Of a stretch of DNA of 64,000 nucleotides, positions 20,224 to 30,756 are shown piece after piece. Origin of the DNA: a bacterium (GTDB taxonomy: Bacteria; Zhuqueibacterota; Zhuqueibacteria; Residuimicrobiales; Krinioviventaceae); contig CAXXMD010000002.1 in assembly GCA_963675755.2 (NCBI GenBank), positions 448,001 through 512,000 on the forward strand. Direction: 5' to 3'. Both the position numbers and the translations under genes were made by a program. Numbering within the stretch: position 1 is the first letter of the stretch; each line of letters opens with the position of its first letter. The notes beneath the pieces were generated by a model. That model had not been told where the DNA came from, did not search any database, and saw only the letters and a list, made by a program, of their open reading frames with translations.

Positions 20224-22080
20224 TCAATGATCTCTTGAATATTCTGCTGCTTGAATATTTCTTTGGGCTTGTTCATTGCCCGGTTCAAGCCTCAAAAAGT
20301 CATTCCAAATTTTTATTGCACTATCATACTCTTTTAGATGATAATACGATAATCCTAGATTCATTAATGCTTGTTTATTGCCCGGTTCAAGCTCTATGGA
20401 TTTTGCAAGATAACGGTTAGCCCTTTGGTATTGCTTGCGCATTAACAAGAGGCTGCCCAAATTACGGAGTGCATCCGGACGGTCAGGTTCTAATTGAATA
20501 ACTTTATTAAAAGCTTCATAAGCATCGTCATAGTTTTTCATTTTGAGATTTGCAACACCCAGATTATAGAACGCATTTGCGTTGCCCGGATTTTGATAAA
20601 CTGCCTGTTTTCCCCAAAAGACAGAACGTTCCGGATTCCCTTCTATGAGATATGATAAAGCAAGATTATAATATTCGTTTGAATCCGTAAAAGCCCGTAA
20701 TTGATAATTAGTAAATGAGATTTGACCAGCAAATAGAAATATCAAAACAACAAACAATATAATATGTTTTTTGGTGAGTTTATTATATACATCAAGTAAA
20801 CTCCATAATCCAACAGAAGCTAATATTATCAGAAAAGGCATTGCAACCATTCGATAACGTGAAGCCATAAAGAATATTATAATACTCAGAAAAATGGCAA
20901 GAATAATAGCAAACATTAACCAATATTTTTTCCACTGTGGTGCAAGAACAATTATACCAATAATTGCAAATGGCATGTAAAACACCAGGTTGAAAATAGG
21001 TATCTTTAACATTGGAGTTTGTTTTTGATGGAAATAATAATTGTAATTCAAGGGGGTTTCATAAGAAGACCAGAAAAGAGCAGTCTTTTTGAGCATCAAT
21101 GTTGACCATTTTATTGGATGATGTAGTATAAAAGAAAATGATTTTTTGTACCAGAACAAAGATACCTGATTTAATGTCAATTCTTTACCAGACTCTGCTT
21201 CAGCAAATTGTTTAGATTGCTCTAGATTAATTGCGCTAACACTTGCATCGAGTCCTTCCGGTGCCTCCCAGGCACCACTTGCATTTTCATGATTCCCAAT
21301 ATAAAAGTTGATACCACCATGTGTTGTAAGTATGGAAAAAGAATCTCCCGCTATTTTATTATGTATTCCAGTTAATAAAAGGGGTATAACCAAACCTATA
21401 AATAATAGCAAAGAGGGGAGAGCCGCTTTTTTTATATTATCTCTTTCAGAGAGATAATAATATATAAATGGAATAGGTACTAACAATAACAGGTTGGGTC
21501 TGCTGGTGATTGCAAGAGCAAGTGTTAAACCTGATAAAAATGAAATGAAAAGAGAAAAACGATTTTTCCCGATATTTAATAAAAGGTAAATACTGCTTAC
21601 TGTTAAAAAAGTAGCCATTGATGTACCCACAAGATTACTCTCGTAAAACATGAACGGCATGTAAACTGCAGCGAGGATACCAGCAAGAACACTTTTTCTT
21701 TTATCAAAATATTTTGCTGCTATACCATATGTCATCAATGCTGTTAGAACACCAGCTGTAAACTGTATAACTCGAATAATATTTATATAATAACCAAAGA
21801 TAGTATAGATTAAGGCAAGAAAATAAATATAAAACGGAGAAATATAAAAGGGTTGATCAAGTATAATACTTTTGTCTATGACGCTGTTTGCCAATTTGTT
21901 AAACAGTGCCGAGTCATGAATCAATCTTCCATATACCGGATTTGTGTCCTGAAATTGAAAAAAGTATATGACTCTGAATATTATTGCAACAGCCAGGATT
22001 ACCAAACTCCAGGGTATATTGAGTTTGGGTTTTTTAACTTCAACGCCTTTAGATTTTTGTTGTAGGTTCTTTTTGCTCAT
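20224..22080 (-). CDS. Membrane GT-C (ArnT/PMT-like) glycosyltransferase with C-terminal TPR repeats
   Basis: Multiple TM segments, 'LIHDS', 'PFYISPFY', RPN, 'GINFYIGN', SRYR; TPR repeats (YNLGVA, RNLGSL, MNLGLSY). Confidence 0.75.
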   Translation of the reverse strand: MSKKNLQQKSKGVEVKKPKLNIPWSLVILAVAIIFRVIYFFQFQDTNPVYGRLIHDSALFNKLANSVIDKSIILDQPFYISPFYIYFLALIYTIFGYYINIIRVIQFTAGVLTALMTYGIAAKYFDKRKSVLAGILAAVYMPFMFYESNLVGTSMATFLTVSSIYLLLNIGKNRFSLFISFLSGLTLALAITSRPNLLLLVPIPFIYYYLSERDNIKKAALPSLLLFIGLVIPLLLTGIHNKIAGDSFSILTTHGGINFYIGNHENASGAWEAPEGLDASVSAINLEQSKQFAEAESGKELTLNQVSLFWYKKSFSFILHHPIKWSTLMLKKTALFWSSYETPLNYNYYFHQKQTPMLKIPIFNLVFYMPFAIIGIIVLAPQWKKYWLMFAIILAIFLSIIIFFMASRYRMVAMPFLIILASVGLWSLLDVYNKLTKKHIILFVVLIFLFAGQISFTNYQLRAFTDSNEYYNLALSYLIEGNPERSVFWGKQAVYQNPGNANAFYNLGVANLKMKNYDDAYEAFNKVIQLEPDRPDALRNLGSLLLMRKQYQRANRYLAKSIELEPGNKQALMNLGLSYYHLKEYDSAIKIWNDFLRLEPGNEQAQRNIQAAEYSRDH

Positions 22081-22167
22081 TACCGTTGTTACTCCGTTGT
22101 ATATTCATTTTATCAGCTAAAAATACAAAGGCTAAAATGTTAATTCAAGAACAATTTGCATTTTTGA

Positions 22168-22206
22168 TAAAAAAAAAACGGGTTGGTTTAAACCAACCCG
22201 TTTTTT
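22168..22206 (-). terminator. Intrinsic terminator of the TBDR-PorV operon
   Basis: Perfect inverted repeat AAAAAACGGGTTGGTT-ta-AACCAACCCGTTTTTT with a long A run. Confidence 0.85.
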
Positions 22207-22218
22207 AGGGTAATTGGG

Positions 22219-23292
22219 TTAAAAATCCATGCTAAGAGAATAAACATGGACAGCATCAAACAAGGTATCACCAGTATCCTTGTAAGCATAATCCAGACGG
22301 AAATCGCCTTGTGGCAGATTCAAATTGAAACCTGCACCCAGAGTCAAACCTTCTGAAGAATAATTGAATTTATAACCAGCGCGAACATATAACATTTTGT
22401 TCAAAGAATATTCCAAACCGGTATTGAGTTGTTCACTCCAATCATGAGGATGTAAATAATCAATATTTACTCTCAGATCCATACCTTCTTTTTCTTTGTT
22501 CAAAAGTTCAAAAACGCTGGCTGTAGTAGCAATGCGAAAAGTAAGAGGCAAGTCATATGATTCAGCTTCATATTTGACTTCCTGACCAAAGTTACGGATA
22601 CTCATCGCAATTGTCAGATTACGGAAACCAGTATTATACATGGTACCGATATCAAAAGCGATTACACCCTTGTTTGCTTCATGGCTTTCCTGAATCCAGC
22701 CATCAGCTGTTTCGTAAGCAATACGGGTGGAAACGCCGGTACCACCTAAAAGATCCTGGTATGCATATTTGAATTGAGCACCAATAGCAAATTGAGATGA
22801 AATTTGGCGCGCATATCCTACACCCAGAACATATTCAGAGGGTTCCAGAGTACCGATATCATTATAACCTGATTCGTTTGTTGCAATCTCTGTAGCTTGA
22901 ATAGGATCGCCATAATCAAAAAACATTGCACTAACACCAAATGTACCAATGTTTTTAAAAGTCATAGCTGCTGCACCATAGTTCATTTTAGTGTCCATGA
23001 TCCAACTGTTGCTACCCAACATAACAGAGTATTTATCTACAAATGCCAAACCAGCCGGGTTGTAAAAGAGAGCAGAGGCATCGCGTACTTCTGCTGCGCC
23101 TGCATCTCCCATTGCCATCATTCTACCACCAGCACCGGCAGCTAAAAACGGCATGGCTGCTTGACCTGCTCGTTGCCATCCTTCCAAGTCATCAATTCTA
23201 CCTGCTCCATATTGTTCTTGTTGTGCGAAACTCGGAACAGATAGGGTCAGAAGCAATGTAAGAACAAGCGAAAACTGAATAAAAGTCTTCAT
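22219..23292 (-). CDS. PorV/PorQ-family outer-membrane beta-barrel
   Basis: Signal peptide; GGRMMAMGDA...ALFYNPAGL motif; C-terminal Phe; start at MKTFIQ after AGGAG. Confidence 0.8.
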   Translation of the reverse strand: MKTFIQFSLVLTLLLTLSVPSFAQQEQYGAGRIDDLEGWQRAGQAAMPFLAAGAGGRMMAMGDAGAAEVRDASALFYNPAGLAFVDKYSVMLGSNSWIMDTKMNYGAAAMTFKNIGTFGVSAMFFDYGDPIQATEIATNESGYNDIGTLEPSEYVLGVGYARQISSQFAIGAQFKYAYQDLLGGTGVSTRIAYETADGWIQESHEANKGVIAFDIGTMYNTGFRNLTIAMSIRNFGQEVKYEAESYDLPLTFRIATTASVFELLNKEKEGMDLRVNIDYLHPHDWSEQLNTGLEYSLNKMLYVRAGYKFNYSSEGLTLGAGFNLNLPQGDFRLDYAYKDTGDTLFDAVHVYSLSMDF

Positions 23293-23345
23293 TGTTCGTC
23301 TCCTATTAAATTGTATTGATATCTTATTCATTCGTTAATCCTTAA

Positions 23346-25466
23346 TTATCGAATGATTACCAATTTACCTTTCGCAATTTCGCCTTCAAGCGGCCCTGCG
23401 GTAACTTCGATGGTGTAGAAATAAACACCTGAAGCTGGGAATACATTATAATCCGTAATAATTGGGGACCAGCGTTCATCACCTGAACCACTCGTGTGAT
23501 TCAAAGTTTTTATTCTTGCACCCATTGAATTATAAACATTAATCTCGCATTGTTCAGGCAAATTTACGAACAAAACAGTATTCTGTTCCCGAATTCCGCC
23601 ATCATAATTAAAGCCGGTAGAATTATGAGGTGAAGATTCCTGATAAGTATACCCTTTAACGTTGATGGGATTTGGTACAACACGTACTTTATCTGCCCAG
23701 TCACCTGTTGTTTCAGGAGCTCTGAACGGAATAACTTCTTTATTGATCCGGGTAAAGAAAGGATTACTTTCCAAACCATTTGCATCAACAGAAACTATAT
23801 TGTAAAAATAGCTGTTACCACGAACAAGGCCGGTATCTTCAAATGATGTTTCAGTTGTTTCTTTTTGCAAGTCATATACACGAGCATTATCGATACCACC
23901 AACTGCACGGTAAACACGATACTTGGCTGCACCAGATACTGCATCCCAGGTAATAGTTGCTGTTTCAGGACCAGAGGTCATAGCAATATTTGTGGGTGGA
24001 TCAGGAAGCTGTGGTGCTGCAAGGTTCTGTTCCAGATACAGTTTTTTAGCCAGTTCGAATTTTGCAAAAAGATCATCGCGACCGGTTTCATAGACCTCTT
24101 TTTTGGCATCAGCCAGAGACATAGTACCGTCTTTTACAGCTTTACCCAATTCAATGGCTCTTGCTTCAGATATAGAACCAACGGCATAGGCAACAACAAC
24201 TTTGATTTCGTCATTAGCTGCCATGCTTAAAGGTCCAATACCAAACATGGGATCATAGTTGGGTTGACCTTCTGCAAGTACCTGATAAGGATCTGCTGAA
24301 AAGCCTTCCATATACATGGCATTGCCATCAGCGCCTGTCATCAGGTTCCAGGCTTGAGTCATGTCATCACCATTAACTGGTGATTTAACATTTTTGTATA
24401 ATTGATACCGAAAAGTAGCAGGTTGTGATGGATCATCACCGCCACCGGGGGTTGACTCTACTACAATAAAGCACATACCGCAAACTTCCGGAGCCATAAA
24501 TTCACCGGTTGGGTTTTCAGCAGTAAAGTTTGGACCACCACGGGGATCAAATTGATCATCACCATTTATGTCTGCTGCATCACCATCCCATGTCCAGAAA
24601 TAACGAGTTTCCGGATCATATTCCAGTAGCCAGTCAACTTCACCATTGTACTCGAGGTCGTCATCACCAAATTCAGACCAGTCATAGGGGGGAGCAATCA
24701 GGTTACGTGCACCCAACCACAAATCACTAAAAGTCTGACCTTCTTTTTCAAGACCATCCAATTGAAAATTACATTCACCGCTGTTTTTGATAGTTTGTTC
24801 ATAAATCAAAATGCGTTTGTAATCAGGATGTGACCATGCATAAAGATTATTGTGGAACTCGATACCAATTGGATCACTCCAATCAGCAACAACTTTAGCA
24901 TCAGTTTCCAGATCTGCGTCAACTGTCCAGTCATTACCAAAAGGATTGAAAGCGACTGGTAATTGAGTAGTTCCATCAACAGAGATTGCAGGCATATCAA
25001 CACGGTTGTAAAGTACAGGTGTTGAATATTTGGGTGTGTTAACCAGAGAGCTTAATGTTACAGGACCATTGTCATTTACAAAAATGTCATACAATTTACC
25101 TGCTTCATAAACAGCTTCAGCACCATCCGGACCCCATTGGCCGGTAGCGGGGGCTTGCCAGTTTGTGGCACCAACCCACCATCCAAAGTGACCAGTAATG
25201 GGTTTTCCATTACCAGATGTATGGCCTTCACTGTTAATATCAGCACCATGATAACCAATATCAGATGCATAATTGGGCCATGGCTCCCAGTTTTGCCAAA
25301 GATTCGGGTGAATTTGTCCATTAGAAGTGATACCTGATACCCAGGAAGCACCTCCGGCATCTATCGCCCAAGTCAGTTCTCCTACAAGAGCATATCTTTG
25401 AACCTGTGCGTTTGCCATGGTGGCAAATAACATCACAGATAGTAGTATAATTAAAAGCTTTTTCAC
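23346..25466 (-). CDS. Secreted protein with FN3 domain and T9SS-CTD-like C-terminus
   Basis: Signal peptide; ITWDAVSGA.KYRVYR FN3; VRVVPNP...F.NLP...VYN..G...SGVYFY...GKLVIIR; GTG start after GGAGGA. Confidence 0.75.
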   Translation of the reverse strand: MKKLLIILLSVMLFATMANAQVQRYALVGELTWAIDAGGASWVSGITSNGQIHPNLWQNWEPWPNYASDIGYHGADINSEGHTSGNGKPITGHFGWWVGATNWQAPATGQWGPDGAEAVYEAGKLYDIFVNDNGPVTLSSLVNTPKYSTPVLYNRVDMPAISVDGTTQLPVAFNPFGNDWTVDADLETDAKVVADWSDPIGIEFHNNLYAWSHPDYKRILIYEQTIKNSGECNFQLDGLEKEGQTFSDLWLGARNLIAPPYDWSEFGDDDLEYNGEVDWLLEYDPETRYFWTWDGDAADINGDDQFDPRGGPNFTAENPTGEFMAPEVCGMCFIVVESTPGGGDDPSQPATFRYQLYKNVKSPVNGDDMTQAWNLMTGADGNAMYMEGFSADPYQVLAEGQPNYDPMFGIGPLSMAANDEIKVVVAYAVGSISEARAIELGKAVKDGTMSLADAKKEVYETGRDDLFAKFELAKKLYLEQNLAAPQLPDPPTNIAMTSGPETATITWDAVSGAAKYRVYRAVGGIDNARVYDLQKETTETSFEDTGLVRGNSYFYNIVSVDANGLESNPFFTRINKEVIPFRAPETTGDWADKVRVVPNPINVKGYTYQESSPHNSTGFNYDGGIREQNTVLFVNLPEQCEINVYNSMGARIKTLNHTSGSGDERWSPIITDYNVFPASGVYFYTIEVTAGPLEGEIAKGKLVIIR

Positions 25467-25529
25467 AGCTTTATCCTCCAATTTATTGATTTAGTTATTA
25501 TTAAGAAATACATGTATCTTGTACGACTA

Positions 25530-28500
25530 TTAGAAATATAGTCTTAAACCAAACCAATAATCACGTGGAACATCCCAGAAATAATAGAGGCGTTGAACCA
25601 TATTTTCAATACCATCAACTTCTTCACCAAAATCTTTGCCTTCTGCTTCAAGAGCTGCATAGTATTGTTTTTCCAGGTCACTGGCATCACCATTATTTGC
25701 ACGGGAAACAAGACGATCAAAGCGTACACGATTGCTGCTCCAGTCCATATACTGATTCAAGTTTTTAACATTGAAAAAGTTGGTGATATCCATAAATGCT
25801 CCGGCTGATATACCGGCAAATTGAAACCGTTTTTCCAAATGTAAATCGGTCCGGTTGTAGGATTTAACTCTACCGCTAAAAACACCTTGCAGTCTCTGTG
25901 ATCCATCCGGGTTCCAAATATAAGAGCGACCTTGACGGTAGTAATGAGACAAGGACAAGTCCCACCAACCCAATAACTTGGAATCGCCAAATACTGGACC
26001 AGGACCCCAATCAGCAGGGGTATGGAAAGCCAGGTTCAGTTTTACTTTCCAAGATCCAGGTTGCTGTGTATCACTCACATAAGTACTGCCGAGAACACGC
26101 AAATAGTCGGTCATAGTTGGATCAGAAGCAAATTCTGAAGATTCCGGATGATAGAGGTTGCTCCATCCGTAACGATATTGTTTTTCAATAGAATAGTCTG
26201 CATTCAAGAAACCAGTGATATAGGTTCCGTAACGTTTTTCAACATTCATTTCAAAACCTTTGATATCTCTGGCGCGGCTGTTCCATTCATAAGAAGGACC
26301 ACCATCTCTACCACGCATACTACCTTCATCAACATCCTGGGTAACATCTTTGTAATATGCTGAAACATTGGCAACATAGTTACCATATAGACGTTGTTCC
26401 CAACCTGCTTCAAATTGAACAGTCTTGGGAAGCAGTAACCATGGATTACCCATTTCTTCAACAGGTTCATCATAACCAACCTGCCAGCGATACAGATAAT
26501 CATTGGTAACCGTATCATAGAAATGGCCATAGTTGAAATAGATTTTACTTTCAGGACCAACAGGGTGAGATATACCTAAACGAGGGCTCAGGTACCATTG
26601 CATATCAGGATGTACATCCGGTTCTAAACCATAATAGTTTTCATAGCCGGAAGAAAATGCATTATCACCATAACGCATCCAGTGCTGGTTCCACAATGAC
26701 GGAGTGCGAGGGAAGAACAAGTCATTACGATCAAACCAGTCATGATTCGGTTGTACAACATCCATACGAAGACCAAGGTTCAAGATCATACCACCATATT
26801 CCATCTTGTCCTGAACATAGGCAGCACCCTGCCAAGACAGTGTATGAACATCGTGCCAGTTTGCCTGGTCACCAGGAGAACCATCATCGTCGGTACCCCA
26901 AACGCCATCAGCGCCATTACGATAATCTTCATTAATAATAAACAAATAGTTCTGGGTGTAACCGGTACGTTCCAGAACATCTTTGTACAGATATTCAACA
27001 CCAGCTTTGAACTGATGGTTTGCATTAACCTGGCTTGTAATATCATAATTAAATTGGAATGTCTGGGTCTGGCTCATGTCCATTGAACGTTCACCACGAA
27101 GTCCATACAAACCAAGAATATCAGAAGACAAACCTTGTTGGTATGCCCAACCTTTGGGAGATTCATCCAGCCAGATGTTATCATTGATCTGATAAACATC
27201 ACCAAGCGTACGAAGACGAACATTACCCAATTGCTGGTAATCTGCATTGGCATAAGTTAATTTAACATCATAGTAAGTACTTGGATTCAAGGTATGGGTA
27301 AAAGTAGCATTAGCAACTGTTGAATAGATACCCTTGGGAACCAAGCCTGAATCTCTGTTGTATGTAGAGTTGTTACCATTAATTGTACTCTGAACACCTT
27401 CTGACAGTAAACCCTGGGTACCTTCACGTGGTTCAGGATCACCGTTTTCAAAAGTTTTCAGATCAGTGTACAAGCCATTGGCAACAAGTTTCATATCAGG
27501 ATTGATCTGATAGATCAATTTACCTTGAGTGGTATTCCATCCATAAACACCACCGGTAGAGGTGGGATAAGCATACATGGAATTTTCACGAATGTGAGAT
27601 AAAACAAAGGAAAGTTTGTTGTTGGTAAAAGGAACAGGGCCGCCAAAAGAAAAGTCACCAATCCAGTCACTTTGGTATCCATAATGGTTAAAAGCTTCAT
27701 CGTGTACAGATGGCAAATTATACATATCATCAACAGTACCAATTACTTCACCGTCGTATAATACATTACCATCAGCATCTTCTGAACGATGCTGCCATTG
27801 CCAGATTTTAAATGCTTCTTCAGCGGTTACATCTTGACCATTAAATTGATTGCTTGCAGCCCAAGAAGTCCAACCTTCAAAATCAGCTGCACCGTCGCCA
27901 TCTTTATCAGCAGAAGGTGCGCCGCCATTCCAGTCATAACGACCATATTCCCACCAGTTGTTATTGGAGAAAATATAAGGACCGAAATGTTTCAAGCCTG
28001 GAAAATCAGAATCATCGCCGCCCATTAATGGACTGACACGGGTTTCCATATTGAAAAAGTACTTTTGTTGTGGTGTTTTGCTTACAATATTGACAATACC
28101 AGCGCGGGCATTACCAAATTCAGCATTAAAACCACCGGTCAGCAACTGAACTTCCTGGATAGCAGTGGTAGAAACCATGCTCATACCCTGATCCATACGT
28201 TCATTACGAAGACTGACACCATCCAGATAGTAACCGATTTCTTTATAGTTACTACCACGAATTTCAATACCTTTTTCACCCTGATCAACACCAGCCTGGC
28301 TAACCAGGGCATTGTCAAGGTGCATTGAAGCAGGAACAGCTTCCATTTTATCAGCACTCATATTGTTCTGACTAAAAGAAACGTCCTGACGAATAATTTC
28401 ACGGTCTGCGGTAACCGTTACTTCTTCACCTGTTATTGATTCCTGATCAATAGCAAAATCAACTCTTGAAGTGCGGTCAATTTGTACTAGAACATTTTCA

Positions 28501-28769
28501 ATAACTTTTGAAGTATACCCAATAAAAGTAACACGCAGTTGATACGTTCCCGGTGGTACGTTAATAATAAAGTAATTACCATCGATATCGGTTGCTCCAC
28601 CCATCGATGTACCTTCAATAACAACGTTTGCACCAGGAAGTGGTTCACCAGTGCTATTATCTTTTACGACACCTGCGACTTTACCGGTTGTGGCAGAAAA
28701 GCCGATTTGTGTCAATAATAGGAGAGCAATGAGAATCCACACTGGTTTAAAATCAACATACTTGAACAT
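25530..28769 (-). CDS. TonB-dependent receptor with N-terminal carboxypeptidase-regulatory-like domain
   Basis: GEPLPGANV, NVPPGTY, IRGS, LTGGFNAEFGNA.AG, SPRLGISHP, C-terminal GLRLYF; ATG after AGGAGG. Confidence 0.9.
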   Translation of the reverse strand: MFKYVDFKPVWILIALLLLTQIGFSATTGKVAGVVKDNSTGEPLPGANVVIEGTSMGGATDIDGNYFIINVPPGTYQLRVTFIGYTSKVIENVLVQIDRTSRVDFAIDQESITGEEVTVTADREIIRQDVSFSQNNMSADKMEAVPASMHLDNALVSQAGVDQGEKGIEIRGSNYKEIGYYLDGVSLRNERMDQGMSMVSTTAIQEVQLLTGGFNAEFGNARAGIVNIVSKTPQQKYFFNMETRVSPLMGGDDSDFPGLKHFGPYIFSNNNWWEYGRYDWNGGAPSADKDGDGAADFEGWTSWAASNQFNGQDVTAEEAFKIWQWQHRSEDADGNVLYDGEVIGTVDDMYNLPSVHDEAFNHYGYQSDWIGDFSFGGPVPFTNNKLSFVLSHIRENSMYAYPTSTGGVYGWNTTQGKLIYQINPDMKLVANGLYTDLKTFENGDPEPREGTQGLLSEGVQSTINGNNSTYNRDSGLVPKGIYSTVANATFTHTLNPSTYYDVKLTYANADYQQLGNVRLRTLGDVYQINDNIWLDESPKGWAYQQGLSSDILGLYGLRGERSMDMSQTQTFQFNYDITSQVNANHQFKAGVEYLYKDVLERTGYTQNYLFIINEDYRNGADGVWGTDDDGSPGDQANWHDVHTLSWQGAAYVQDKMEYGGMILNLGLRMDVVQPNHDWFDRNDLFFPRTPSLWNQHWMRYGDNAFSSGYENYYGLEPDVHPDMQWYLSPRLGISHPVGPESKIYFNYGHFYDTVTNDYLYRWQVGYDEPVEEMGNPWLLLPKTVQFEAGWEQRLYGNYVANVSAYYKDVTQDVDEGSMRGRDGGPSYEWNSRARDIKGFEMNVEKRYGTYITGFLNADYSIEKQYRYGWSNLYHPESSEFASDPTMTDYLRVLGSTYVSDTQQPGSWKVKLNLAFHTPADWGPGPVFGDSKLLGWWDLSLSHYYRQGRSYIWNPDGSQRLQGVFSGRVKSYNRTDLHLEKRFQFAGISAGAFMDITNFFNVKNLNQYMDWSSNRVRFDRLVSRANNGDASDLEKQYYAALEAEGKDFGEEVDGIENMVQRLYYFWDVPRDYWFGLRLYF

Positions 28770-29175
28770 TGATTTTCCTCCTTCATCCAATTAAAAGTTT
28801 ATCCAATTTTTGTGGGTAAATTGGCTTAAAAACTCTTTACAACAACAAAATGTCTGGCATCACTCCTTTCGTTAGATTTATAAATTACAGATTTAGTGGT
28901 TTCGTTTTGATTTTAATAATAAACATAAAAAATTAATATGAAGCATTACGACCATTGATATACAATATGATAACAATGAAAATCTCGAAAGATTTCAGCT
29001 TTTCATTAATTCAAACCACTTTTTATTGTATGAAAAGTTATAAAGAGGGAAGATAGGCGGGTATGAAAAATCATTAAATGATTTTCCTCCTTCAACCTGC
29101 TCAATCACCCTGGAATTTATAACATATCATCATTCAATCTCTGTTCTTTTTCACTCCTTTCTTTCTGATTATAAA

Positions 29176-29187
29176 TTAAACGTTTAA
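29176..29187. promoter_or_regulatory. Palindrome, LacI-family operator-like
   Basis: TTAAACGTTTAA perfect palindrome with AANCGNTT core, upstream of the TBDR operon. Confidence 0.35.
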
Positions 29188-29448
29188 GTTTACTATATAT
29201 TAGAAATAATTAATAAATCTTTTATAAAAATAAAGGTAATGAAAGATGACAGATTTTGAATTTAATGATTGAACTCTTGATACGAATATCATGGGAATAA
29301 GAGTCTTGTGATAAAACTACAAGAGTTTTAAAGGGATTTTTCCGCAGGGAGAAATTCAGGTAATTTGTAATAACAGGGTTGTGAAACATAAAAATCATAT
29401 TTTCCTTTTCCCAAAAGTTTCACGATTTTGTTTTCTTTACCTCGTTAT

Positions 29449-29477
29449 ATTGTAGCTTAAATAAATTATAAAGTCAA
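29449..29477 (-). promoter_or_regulatory. Sigma70-type promoter, candidate for the TBDR operon
   Basis: Minus strand TTGACT-17 nt-TACAAT. Confidence 0.55.
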
Positions 29478-30053
29478 GAGATATTTTTACATTTTTAATA
29501 CATTTGTTAACTTGATTTTAAATTGCAATAAAATTTGTTAAAAGATTTTTTAACAAATTGTTCACTTTTAAAATTTTCATTTTTAATTTAGATCTATAAA
29601 AAAATCTATTTATTTTATTGATAATATTGAGATTACTTATTGTTATATTTTTTACAATTCCAATTAAATTTTCAAACCAATTTATTATTAAAAATGACAA
29701 AAAATATTGTCAAAGCACTTTGTAAACAAATGTAATGGTGATTTTAAGTATTTTGGGTCTAATAAATAAATAATCCGAATATATTGATATTAAAAATTTC
29801 GAGTTGTATGGAGAATTGGATGGAATTTATTAGACTTTTTTCTGACTTGAAAAATTATTTCAAAATTAAATCGGATTTTAACACTTTATTTACCATGGAA
29901 GTTTATTCCTGCAGGTAAGATTTTTCTTGAATAAATTCTCACATTGAGAATTATAATCAGGATTTAATCCTCTGGAGGTACTAATTTTAGTTGCATTTTT
30001 CGAATAGTCGCTTGTAAATAATTATATTAATTTTTGTAATATTATTTCATTAA

Positions 30054-30179
30054 AAAATTTGATTGTCCAGACTTTAGTAGTAAGAGTATTTTGAGAAAGT
30101 AATCAAGTCTCTTGATTAGAGGTATATCCATTTTTAATCTTGTTAAATTTTTCAGAAAATAAGTGTAGACTGTAAACTT
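30054..30179 (-). pseudogene. Decayed third copy of the GIY-YIG nuclease gene (may extend to ~29929)
   Basis: Aligns by eye with 30282..30539: ATG>AAG, 1-nt deletion, YIG>KNG, in-frame TGA; retains GYTS and WTIKF; not in ORF track. Confidence 0.85.
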
Positions 30180-30281
30180 AGCGTGACCCCAAAATAAAAA
30201 AGGTCCATCAAATGATGATCCTTTTTTTTAGTAGCGGGGGGCGGATTTGAACCGCTGTTCGCCAACTGGCGGATATGAGCT

Positions 30282-30539
30282 TTATAAATTCTTGTTTTGA
30301 GAAATATTGTTTCGAATAAATTCTCTACCTTTAGCAGATTTGAGTTGTTTTTCCCGAATCATAGCTTCTTTTTTAGTTTCAAATTCTTCCTTATAAACAA
30401 GTATCCAGGGTCGGAATTTGATTGTCCAGCCTTTAGTTGCAAGAGTATTATGGGATAGTAATCTGCTCTCCAGATCAGAGGTATATCCAATATAAATTTT
30501 GTCATATCTTTCTGAAAATAAAACATATGTCGTAAACAT
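30282..30539 (-). CDS. Small standalone GIY-YIG nuclease (85 aa), intact motifs
   Basis: TYVL...IYIGYTSDLESRLLSHN...RPW.LVY.E...EAM.REKQLK. Confidence 0.9.
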   Translation of the reverse strand: MFTTYVLFSERYDKIYIGYTSDLESRLLSHNTLATKGWTIKFRPWILVYKEEFETKKEAMIREKQLKSAKGREFIRNNISQNKNL

Positions 30540-30756
30540 CGATACCCCAAAAACAAAAAAGGACCATCTATTGATGATCCTTTTAAAAGTAGCGGGGGGC
30601 GGATTTGAACCGCAGTCCGCCAGCTGGCGGATATGAGCCCCTTCATTTTAGATCATTCTGAATATAAACAAAAAAAGGACCATCAGTTGATGATCCTTTT
30701 AAAAAGTAGCGGGGGGCGGATTTGAACCGCAGTCCGCCACCTGGCGGATATGAGCT

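Noticed and set aside
23564-28328. Many short overlapping ORFs on both strands within the CTD-protein and TBDR genes
   Set aside because: Shadow ORFs of long, codon-biased genes; no recognisable motifs.
29518-29700. 60-aa ORF in the AT-rich intergenic region
   Set aside because: Low-complexity I/N/K/L composition expected by chance at this AT content; no SD or motif.
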